The position numbers and the translations under genes are program-made. From Candidatus Poribacteria bacterium (GTDB lineage: Bacteria; Poribacteria; WGA-4E; PCPOR2b), in the NCBI GenBank assembly GCA_965208675.1, contig OZ242351.1, positions 4,640,001 through 4,704,000 on the forward strand: a stretch of DNA of 64,000 nt, written 5' to 3'. Below, one piece after another: positions 28,788 through 36,611 of this stretch (its first letter is position 1; each line of letters begins with the position of its first letter). The notes below the pieces were generated by a model. That model saw only the letters and a program-made list of their open reading frames with translations. It was not told the origin of the DNA and did no database searches.

Positions 28788-29684
28788 ATGGCAGAAAAGA
28801 AAGGCGCACGTGTTAGATCCTTGAGCAGTTTTATGAATTGGGCATTACAATTCACGGATGGACAATATCTTTTTCGAGGCGTCTCAAACGATACTTACAA
28901 AATAGAAGCATCTGCATACCGACGATTGCCAAAAGAAGACAGACGAGACCCGGTGAAACTCCTCAAGATTACTCAAGAGTTAATAGACAGCGCGAGGTCT
29001 TTAGGACATGATCAAAACGAAGGCCAACCCCGTTCAGAACTAGAGTTACTCGCCCACCTTCAGCACTACGGTGCGGCTACTTGCCTAATAGACTTCACGC
29101 GCGATGTAATGGTCGCACTCTGGATGGCATGTCAACAGAGCACAACAGAAAAAGACAAAAAAATGAAAAAGGCTAAAGGTAAAGTGTTTGCGGTGCGAAG
29201 CGACAATCTTTCCCAGTTCAGAGTTGTTACTGACGAACAACAACGTTGTGCGAAAATTAGGGATTTTTTTGAGCAAGAAAACAAAAGGTATCCGCTGTAT
29301 CAATGGCAACCCAATTACCAGAATAATCGCATTATAGCTCAGGAGTCTGGCTTTATATTTGGTGGTGCAGATGTTCCGGTAGAAGCAGAGTGCACCATTT
29401 TTCCAAGTTCTAAGCAAAAACTTTTAACAGATCTATATCGAATATCGGGAATCTACGAGGCAAGCATTTATCCTGACTTTGACGGTTTTGTCAGCCAACA
29501 TGCTTGGAATAAGCCGTATCGCGCGCCGGATGCATTAAACAAATTGCAAGAAGGAATGCGAACGGTCCAAGGAGAAAAACAGGATGAGAGTACCCCGTCC
29601 CCTGATGTAGGTGCGTTGGGTAAGCCCCTGACAGCTGAATCTACCTCGGTCGAAAGTTCGAAGCCAGGAGGAGACAAAAAATGA
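28788..29684 (+). CDS. FRG domain-containing protein
   Basis: YLFRGVS, LQHYGAATCLIDFT...VALWMAC, NNRIIAQESGF, SIYPDFDG. Confidence 0.92.
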   Translation: MAEKKGARVRSLSSFMNWALQFTDGQYLFRGVSNDTYKIEASAYRRLPKEDRRDPVKLLKITQELIDSARSLGHDQNEGQPRSELELLAHLQHYGAATCLIDFTRDVMVALWMACQQSTTEKDKKMKKAKGKVFAVRSDNLSQFRVVTDEQQRCAKIRDFFEQENKRYPLYQWQPNYQNNRIIAQESGFIFGGADVPVEAECTIFPSSKQKLLTDLYRISGIYEASIYPDFDGFVSQHAWNKPYRAPDALNKLQEGMRTVQGEKQDESTPSPDVGALGKPLTAESTSVESSKPGGDKK

Positions 29685-31177
29685 ATTCGCAAAGTATAGC
29701 CCATTTCGATGAAGCGATCGCTCTTTTAAAACCGGATGATCCCACTCTCGTTACTGCGCACCATAACCGCGGCTTTGCTTACTTCCGACATGGCGATTAT
29801 GATCGTGCTCTTGAAGACTACACCAAAGCGCTTGAACTTAGTCCCAATAACGCGGAGATCTATTTTGACCGTGGCATCGCTCATTTCCATAACCGCGAAT
29901 TTGACCTTGCGATTGATGATTACACCGAAGCGCTAAAACAAAAGCCGGACTATGCAGAGGTCTATCATAATCGAGGAGTTGCTCATCGTATCAATCGCAA
30001 CGACGATGAAGCTCTTAAGGACTTTAATAAGACGATTGAACTTAAACCATTTTATCCCACCCCTCACAACGGTCGTGGTCTTTTATTCTATCAACAAGGC
30101 GATTTGGACCATGCGATCGAGGACTTTACCAATGCGATTCAGCTTGATCCTAATTTTTTTGAGGCTTATTGCAATCGCGGCGTTGCCTACGATGCTAAAG
30201 GTGCGCACAATCAGGCGTTCAGGGACTATTCGAAAGCAATACATCTTAATTCCAAATATGCCGAGGCTTATTACAATCGCGGCCTCGCTTATGCCGCTAT
30301 GAAGGACTATGATTCTGCTGTTCTGGACTTTAATAAAGCGATAGAACTACAACCTAAGTTTGCCGAAGGATATAACAGTAGGGCGGTTGTCTACGACCAC
30401 AAAGACCAGACTGACAGGGCAATTCAAGACTATACGAAAGCCATAGAATTAAAACCTAACTTTTACGAGGCATATACCAATCGCGGAATTTCTTTCAATA
30501 AAAATCATGAGAGAGATAAGGCAATTCAAGACCATAGCACGGCAATTGAACTTAATGACAATTATGCTCCCGCGTATGCAAATCGTGGAGTGGCGTACTA
30601 TGATAAAGAGCAATACGATCGCGCAATTAAAGACTACAACAAAGCAATTGAACTTGATTCAAAACTCTCTCAAGCATATAACAATCGTGGTAATGCGTAC
30701 CGTAGAATAGGGAAGCATGATCTTGCTTTCTCGGACTATAGCAAGGCAATTGAACTAAAGCCGGATTATGCCGAGCCATACAACAATCGTGGAAATGCCT
30801 ACATTGATAAGGGCAAATATGAATGTGCTATAAAAAACTATACAATGGCGATAGATATCGATCCAAAACTTGCCAAGCCGTATAGCAATCGTGGCGTTGC
30901 GTACTCACACATAGGGGAAGTGAAACTTGCCATTGAAGACTATAACAAAGCAATCCAGCTGGACCCCGATGATGGAGACGCCTACTACAACCGCGCTGAG
31001 GTCTGGTTACGTCAGAAGGAATGGGACCAATCCAGAGTAGATTTGAAGGCCGCTAGAGCCAAGGGTGTAGACCTTATCGCCGCATTTCATAACGATGTCG
31101 AATGCGTCCCTGACTTCGAGGAGAAAAATGGTGTAAAACTCCCCGATGACATCGTGGATATGCTTACGAACGGCTGA
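29681..31177 (+). CDS. Tetratricopeptide repeat protein (13 TPRs)
   Basis: 34-aa repeats AYxNRGxAY...AIxDYxKAIELxP; ATGA overlap with the FRG gene; GGAGGAG RBS. Confidence 0.95.
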   Translation: MNSQSIAHFDEAIALLKPDDPTLVTAHHNRGFAYFRHGDYDRALEDYTKALELSPNNAEIYFDRGIAHFHNREFDLAIDDYTEALKQKPDYAEVYHNRGVAHRINRNDDEALKDFNKTIELKPFYPTPHNGRGLLFYQQGDLDHAIEDFTNAIQLDPNFFEAYCNRGVAYDAKGAHNQAFRDYSKAIHLNSKYAEAYYNRGLAYAAMKDYDSAVLDFNKAIELQPKFAEGYNSRAVVYDHKDQTDRAIQDYTKAIELKPNFYEAYTNRGISFNKNHERDKAIQDHSTAIELNDNYAPAYANRGVAYYDKEQYDRAIKDYNKAIELDSKLSQAYNNRGNAYRRIGKHDLAFSDYSKAIELKPDYAEPYNNRGNAYIDKGKYECAIKNYTMAIDIDPKLAKPYSNRGVAYSHIGEVKLAIEDYNKAIQLDPDDGDAYYNRAEVWLRQKEWDQSRVDLKAARAKGVDLIAAFHNDVECVPDFEEKNGVKLPDDIVDMLTNG

Positions 31178-31247
31178 ACTGTCATGTATTGTCCGCGAAA
31201 TTTGATTAGTCAGTTCGAATTAACATCCCCGCCCCAACATAGTTTCT

Positions 31248-31575
31248 GTAGGTTGGATTGAGCGGCCAACCGACCGAATAGGATCAACTGAGCGGTAGCG
31301 TAGGCGATAGTTTTCTGGCTGCCGTGATAGTCTTCTCTCGTAAAATCCTCCCCCTTGACAAGAGGGAGCTAGAGCGGGTCAATTTATTGTTGTAGGCGGG
31401 GCATCTAGCCCCGCATTTATGATGAAGTTTTTGTAGTCTGGGTTGAGCGGACATTTCCGAAAAAGTTACGGCACTCTTACCTCGTCCAAATTCCTTTACG
31501 AAAACTATGAAATAACCAGTGGAGCGATCAACCTACCGAACAGGGAGGGCAATAGTCTTCCTTCAGTCTTCACCA
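31248..31575 (+). repeat. REP cluster (four classes) including a 103-bp-type element whose 3' arm is replaced by a GATC module
   Basis: GTAGGTTGGATTGAGCG at 31248, CCCCCTTGACAAG at 31348, GTAGGCGGGGC at 31392, GTAGTCTGGGTTGAGCG at 31433 with GGAGCG|ATCAACC at 31521. Confidence 0.75.
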
Positions 31576-31821
31576 GTTTTCTCGAAATTCAAAACCTCGC
31601 TCCGCAGGAAGTGTTTGACCAATTATAATAGGCGTTTCAACATGACTAAATTCCCACGGGATTCCACCATGAAACTTTTTTTCGCTGCCCAAGTGATGGG
31701 GGTAAGTTTATTCCTCAAAAAAATCTGTAAGCTGTTAAGCTACCCCCATCCTTTAGACAGAAAATGAGGAGATTTAAGAAATAAAACCTGACTAATTCTG
31801 GTCAAACTTAAACGCCTGAAG

Positions 31822-32640
31822 TTAGTGAAAATACACCTCGTAAGGTGTACAGTAATCGAGCGATTGATGAAGTCGCTCTCGGTTGTAAAAGTTGAAATAA
31901 TCTCTCAAGCGGCGCCGAGCCGTGTTCATTGAATCATAATCGTTGAGGTAAACCTCCTCATACTTAACACTGCGCCAAAGTCGTTCAACGAAGATGTTGT
32001 CAAAGTAGCGGCCTCTGCCGTTCCAACTAATGGCTATGTCTGAAGATTCAAGTCTAGCAGTAAACGCCTCCGAAGTAAATTGACTTCCTTGGTCGTTGTT
32101 GAATATTAATGGACTCGCTTTACCAAGCGCCCGTTCCAGAGCCGATAGGCAAAAGAACACGTCGAGGGAGTTTGACAGTTCCCATGACAACACATAACGG
32201 GAAAACCAATCCATAATGGCTACCAGATAAACGAAGCCATTGTTCAAGCGAATATAGGTGATGTCAGTTGCCCAGACGTGGTTCGGTCTGGTGATGCTTA
32301 ATCCTTTCAGCAGATAGGGGTACACTTTCGACGGTTTGCCCATTCTGGAGATCTTGGGATAGATGGCAACTAATCCCATCTTCCGCATTAACCGTGCTAC
32401 CCGTTTCGGATTGACAACATATCCTTGACGACGAAGCCATTTCGTTAACTTAGGCACCCCACACCACGGCCTCTTGGTGTACTGTTCATCTAACAGACGC
32501 ATGTACAGCAGATTTTGTGGTGACTCCCCTACAGGAGTGTAATAGAACGATGCTCGAGACAAGCCTAAGAGCTCACACTGTCTTACAATCGACACTGAAC
32601 GGCACTCCGGTTCAACAAGCTGCCGCTTCTGTTCAACGGA
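31822..32640 (-). CDS. IS3 transposase OrfB (DDE integrase core)
   Basis: WATDITYI, YLVAIMDWFSR, NNDQGSQF, DNIFVERLWRSVKYE. The frame is open upstream of the annotated GTG (VEQKRQLVEPE...). Confidence 0.92.
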   Translation of the reverse strand, partial: SVEQKRQLVEPECRSVSIVRQCELLGLSRASFYYTPVGESPQNLLYMRLLDEQYTKRPWCGVPKLTKWLRRQGYVVNPKRVARLMRKMGLVAIYPKISRMGKPSKVYPYLLKGLSITRPNHVWATDITYIRLNNGFVYLVAIMDWFSRYVLSWELSNSLDVFFCLSALERALGKASPLIFNNDQGSQFTSEAFTARLESSDIAISWNGRGRYFDNIFVERLWRSVKYEEVYLNDYDSMNTARRRLRDYFNFYNRERLHQSLDYCTPYEVYFH

Positions 32641-32920
32641 AGCGCGACGTTTTTTTTTGAAGCCAGTCCAGTTCTACCTTCAACTGACCAATCTGGCGAT
32701 ACAGTTCAGACACTAGCTTGTCGTGGTCGGACGCCGTTTTTGAACGTCCCTTCGCAAAGAGTTGAGGTAATTCCTCAAGCACCTGTTTTTTCCATTGGCT
32801 GACTTGAGCCGGATTGACACCGTATTCACTGGCAATCTGACTGATAGTCTGCTGATTCTTGATAGCTTCAAGAGCCACTTGCGCTTTGAATCGGCCATCA
32901 CGCTGTATTCTACGGGACAT
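32633..32920 (-). CDS. IS3 transposase OrfA (HTH)
   Basis: FKAQVALEA, IASEYGV.P.QVSQWKKQ, LYRQIGQLKVELDWLQKK; A9 run at the 3' end. Confidence 0.92.
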   Translation of the reverse strand: MSRRIQRDGRFKAQVALEAIKNQQTISQIASEYGVNPAQVSQWKKQVLEELPQLFAKGRSKTASDHDKLVSELYRQIGQLKVELDWLQKKTSRFR

Positions 32921-33129
32921 CGTGGAGAAACTCCTTTCTTTTTCTTGGCGTTTCCGAGTCCTATTTTCGCTCAGATGATGACCATTTTTCTAGTCGAAAA
33001 GATCTCTAATTCAACTGTCTAGGTTTTAGGGGTAATTATACCCCATTTCCGAAGCCTGCCGACCTTGTAACCTAAAAGTCGGTCGAGATCTGAATATTAT
33101 ACCAGCCTCTGTTGCCTCTTCCCACAGTT

Positions 33130-33411
33130 TTACGGTTGTGTGAGATATTCTAGTATCCATCGTTCAATACCCCTCAATATTTTTTCTAGCTTGCAATCTG
33201 ACAATGCGGGTTTGCAAAATAGATCTTCCCTTGAAATCGCCGAGTGTTTGGGGAAGTTTTGATCAAAGCGCGCCTCCCACGCATCCTTCGCAACTGTATT
33301 TGCGTACCTACCACAATCGATCTTCGGTTGACGGTAAACAATACCATCATCATCGCCGCAAGCTCCGTACAGCAAGCAGAGAGCGAGGATGAAGATTGTA
33401 AGGCGTTTCAT
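33130..33411 (-). CDS. Putative lipoprotein
   Basis: MKRLTIFILALCLLYGA-C lipobox followed by GDDD. Confidence 0.6.
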   Translation of the reverse strand: MKRLTIFILALCLLYGACGDDDGIVYRQPKIDCGRYANTVAKDAWEARFDQNFPKHSAISREDLFCKPALSDCKLEKILRGIERWILEYLTQP

Positions 33412-33421
33412 TGGGGCGTCT

Positions 33422-33910
33422 TTAGTTTTCGTCGTAAACGGCTCTCTCAAGAGTTTTTACTTTGCTTTTAAGTTGGGCATTCTCGGTCTTAAGTTTATCT
33501 ATAGAATCCATCGCACGGCAAGCAACATCAATAGCATCTCTTACGCCTGCATTCACATTTTGAGTCGTAAAGTAAACAATTGCCCCTACCTTATCAACAG
33601 TAATTCGATATTCGTTCAATACGCTAGGAGTTATAGTTTCATCAGTAGACTGGCGAGTTGGTGCACCTCTTTTGAAAAATAGCCATGAGCGTTGATCTCG
33701 ACGCATCGCCAAATCTTCAGCCCACTCATTTTGTTTGTCTTTCTCTCGATAGGCGATTATAATCTCGTTGGGTTGAGAATCTAGGTCGTCCGGTAGCACA
33801 ACGTTAGGATAATAATAGTTGTGGTAACTTGTTGGTAACACAAAAGGCTGTGACTCTCTTTCTGTTGATTTGAGGACCACATAAACAGCGGGTTTTCGAA
33901 TTATCGACAT
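33422..33910 (-). CDS. Hypothetical protein with C-terminal coiled coil
   Basis: AAGGAG RBS before ATG 33910; heptad pattern IDKLKTENAQLKSKVKTLE. Confidence 0.7.
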   Translation of the reverse strand: MSIIRKPAVYVVLKSTERESQPFVLPTSYHNYYYPNVVLPDDLDSQPNEIIIAYREKDKQNEWAEDLAMRRDQRSWLFFKRGAPTRQSTDETITPSVLNEYRITVDKVGAIVYFTTQNVNAGVRDAIDVACRAMDSIDKLKTENAQLKSKVKTLERAVYDEN

Positions 33911-33923
33911 TTTGAAGCTCCTT

Positions 33924-34631
33924 TCACTTTTGCAGATAGCCGTTTTTGTCCCATGTGGATACGGCGCCATTGCCGTATTCGTTGATTCCTATGGCAGCCG
34001 CACCCTCACCTTTGCCGTTTACTTGGACGCGCCCGCCGAGTTCGTCAATACTGAGCGCCGCCATCGACACCAATCCCTTTAGCACCCCGCCGTAATCTTT
34101 GCCAGAGACAGCAACCCGCCCGCCATGTTCATTGACTGTGAGCAGTGCTAACCCCCCGTCCTTGCCCCAAGCATTGACAATCCCGCCATACTCAGTGATA
34201 CTGAGACTCGCCCGCGAGTTCCTGTCCTTGTAATAGACTTCGACGCGCCCGTTACCGAGCACTACATGTTTGCCATCCTTTCCCCGAGCATCAACGCGCC
34301 CGCCATATTCAGTGATATGGAGATGCGCCGCCGATTCCCCGTTTTTGCTAAAGACATCAACCGTCCCGCCATGGTCTCCGATACCAATAAATACCCCCGA
34401 TTTGTCATCAAGGATAAAGCTCGTGGCATCTACCATGTTGGTACTGAGAATCACCCTCGACACGCCGTCCGCATCAACGACCGTTATCCCAGTACACTCG
34501 ATGTGACCGAACTTATCGCGTTGCGCTGTGACTGGTGACGCTAACATCCCGATTATCGTGCAAAGACACCCGAAAAAACTACCGAACCCGATATAGATCA
34601 ACTTGGTTTTCCAATTTTGCAGCGAAAACAT
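33924..34631 (-). CDS. Membrane-anchored/secreted protein with about 7 degenerate ~22-aa beta-rich repeats
   Basis: AAGGAGG RBS; N-terminal hydrophobic segment plus SPVTAQRDKF; repeats LxIxE(H/Y)GGxVxxxGKDG. Confidence 0.85.
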   Translation of the reverse strand: MFSLQNWKTKLIYIGFGSFFGCLCTIIGMLASPVTAQRDKFGHIECTGITVVDADGVSRVILSTNMVDATSFILDDKSGVFIGIGDHGGTVDVFSKNGESAAHLHITEYGGRVDARGKDGKHVVLGNGRVEVYYKDRNSRASLSITEYGGIVNAWGKDGGLALLTVNEHGGRVAVSGKDYGGVLKGLVSMAALSIDELGGRVQVNGKGEGAAAIGINEYGNGAVSTWDKNGYLQK

Positions 34632-34729
34632 CGCGTTACCTCCTTGTAGTGAAAAAGATGTGGTTAATGAATAGTGATAAGTAAAGACTTTAGACTAACC
34701 ACTGAATACTCTATTAATCTTTACTTAAC

Positions 34730-34757
34730 ATAATACAATGGGTTTGCTATATGTCAA
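34730..34757 (-). promoter_or_regulatory. Putative sigma70 promoter (copy 1 of a duplicated upstream region)
   Basis: TTGACA-N16-TATTAT. Confidence 0.6.
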
Positions 34758-34812
34758 CCCTGAATTATAGGGTGTCGGCCGGAGGTCAGTGACCTGACTA
34801 CTGTTTTTGATC

Positions 34813-34914
34813 GTAGGTTGGTTTGAAGGGTGTTGATGCAACACGTGAATTATAGCGAATGGAATTCCTTCGGCTGCAAATGTTCGTGTCTTGTTGGGTG
34901 GAGTGAAACCCAAC
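34813..34914 (+). repeat. 102-bp REP-capped element with unique interior
   Basis: GTAGGTTGGTTTGAAGG...GGAGTGAAACCCAAC. Confidence 0.7.
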
Positions 34915-34931
34915 ATACATTGTTGACCTAG

Positions 34932-35768
34932 TTATTGCGGCAGCAGGAAATTACTCTTACCATCTTTGCCAATGACAGTGACCGATCCCTCATGTTCAAG
35001 TACAGTGAGAGTTCCTCGAGGTTTCCCGTCTTTGCCGTTTACTTGGACACGTCCGCCGTGTTCATTAGTGGTGAGCGACGCCGCTGATTTTCCGTCTTTG
35101 CCAACGGCATCAATATAACCGCCATGGTCTCCGGTACTGAGAGCTGCCAATCCCCCATCTTTACCAGAGACAACGACATGCCCACCGTGCTCAGTGATTC
35201 CGAGCAACGTCCCTAATTTCCCGTCTTTACCAAAGGTATGGACAAGTCCGCCATGTTCGTTGATACCGAGTGACACCTTCGATTTCCAATCTTTACCAGA
35301 GACAGCGACACGTCCGCCATGCTCAGTGATACGGAGCACCGCACCCAGTTTCCCATCTTTGCCAAGGGTGTTGACTGATCCCCCATGTTCATCAATATCG
35401 AGCCACGCCGCTGATTTTCTGTCTTTGCCAAGGGCATGGACAAGCCCGCCGCGTTCATTAATGGTGAGCAACACCGCTGATTCACCGTCTTTGCCAGAGG
35501 CAGTGACACGCCCGCCGTGTTCATCAATACCGAGACGAGCCGCCGATTTCCCATCTTTACCAAAGGCTGAGACAAAACCGCCGTGTTCAGTGATAGCAAA
35601 GACTCCCATCGTCTTACCTTCCGCATCCACGACCTCCAGCCTAGAACACTGAATCGTGTCAAACTTATCCCTTTGGGCTGTAACTGGTGAAACCAATAAC
35701 GCCGTTAACAAACTCCCTATGACCCCGCCAACAATACCGCTTATTGCCAGATAATATTTCGTGTTCAT
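34932..35768 (-). CDS. Membrane-anchored/secreted protein with ten ~22-aa beta-rich repeats
   Basis: AAGGAG RBS; hydrophobic N-terminus plus SPVTAQRDKF; 10 copies of xxxLxIxEHGGxVxxxGKDGKx. Confidence 0.88.
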   Translation of the reverse strand: MNTKYYLAISGIVGGVIGSLLTALLVSPVTAQRDKFDTIQCSRLEVVDAEGKTMGVFAITEHGGFVSAFGKDGKSAARLGIDEHGGRVTASGKDGESAVLLTINERGGLVHALGKDRKSAAWLDIDEHGGSVNTLGKDGKLGAVLRITEHGGRVAVSGKDWKSKVSLGINEHGGLVHTFGKDGKLGTLLGITEHGGHVVVSGKDGGLAALSTGDHGGYIDAVGKDGKSAASLTTNEHGGRVQVNGKDGKPRGTLTVLEHEGSVTVIGKDGKSNFLLPQ

Positions 35769-35866
35769 TGCAAATTCTCCTTAGATATAGAAACAGTGAC
35801 CGGTAGCCAGTGGCTAGTGACCTGTTAGTTAATGACTACTGGATACTTTACTAATTTTTACTTAAC

Positions 35867-35895
35867 ATAATACAATGAAATTCGCTAGGTGTCAA
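35867..35895 (-). promoter_or_regulatory. Putative sigma70 promoter (copy 2)
   Basis: TTGACA-N17-TATTAT, with the same CATTGTATTATGTTAAGTAAA block as copy 1. Confidence 0.65.
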
Positions 35896-35925
35896 CTCTA
35901 AATTTAAAAGCAGCGGTCAGTTCTT

Positions 35926-35999
35926 GTAGGGCGGGTTGAGCCAATGGCGAAACCCAACGCTTTTGAAACGTCCGGACGACCGAAAAGCGTTGGGTTTGC
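35926..35999. repeat. Minimal 33-bp REP plus inverted partner arm
   Basis: GTAGGGCGGGTTGAGCCAATGGCGAAACCCAAC-GCTTTT...AAAAGC-GTTGGGTTT. Confidence 0.7.
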
Positions 36000-36611
36000 T
36001 ACGGCGAGACGAGATTGAATCAAAATCTAGTTTCGGCACTTATGCGTTGAGTGGAGCGTTTTGTCATAAACTCGCCTATAAGAATTTTTCTCCCTTCCGA
36101 AAAACAGAAAAGTTTCATAGTAAACTCGCATGTCCTCTTTGCGTGAACTACGCCAAGATCAGCCCCGGGCTGCCTTTTCGCCTTTTTTATCACCACATTC
36201 AAATCTTCACTGTTGATTGAAAAACTATGAAAACTATGAAAATTTTTGAATCTGTGAACTGCAATTTCCTTAATGTTAAAATTTACCACTCATTGCCGTG
36301 TTTTGCAACGCTTATGTCCAAATACTTGTTGGCTGCGTTGCTCCGCCGAGGAATCGCAACCATCGACTGAGTTTTTTTTGGTCGGGTTACGCTACACCAA
36401 TTCTGTCAGGGGGAAAGAGGGATTAGCCGGCTTAGATTCGCCGAGACAGAAGGGTGGAAAATTTCATGGATCGGTAGGCTTATCACCCAATAGACAGGGG
36501 AGGCATTATGGTGCTAGTCGCATTTCTCAGATGGCCAATGCGCACATGCAATGCGGCAGCGTGGTTTGGCGGGGTTGGAGGCAGGGTGGATTACTGGTAT
36601 GCTTTACAAAA

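Larger units (their letters stand above)
31735..33040 (-). mobile_element. IS3-family insertion sequence (about 1.3 kb)
   Basis: orfA and orfB flanked by imperfect 26-bp inverted repeats (TATAATTACCCCTAAAACCTAGACAG / TTAAGCTACCCCCATCCTTTAGACAG). Confidence 0.88.

Noticed and set aside
33924-35768. Diversity-generating retroelement TR/VR pair
   Set aside because: Differences between similar segments are not adenine-restricted, both copies are coding, and no reverse transcriptase is in the window.
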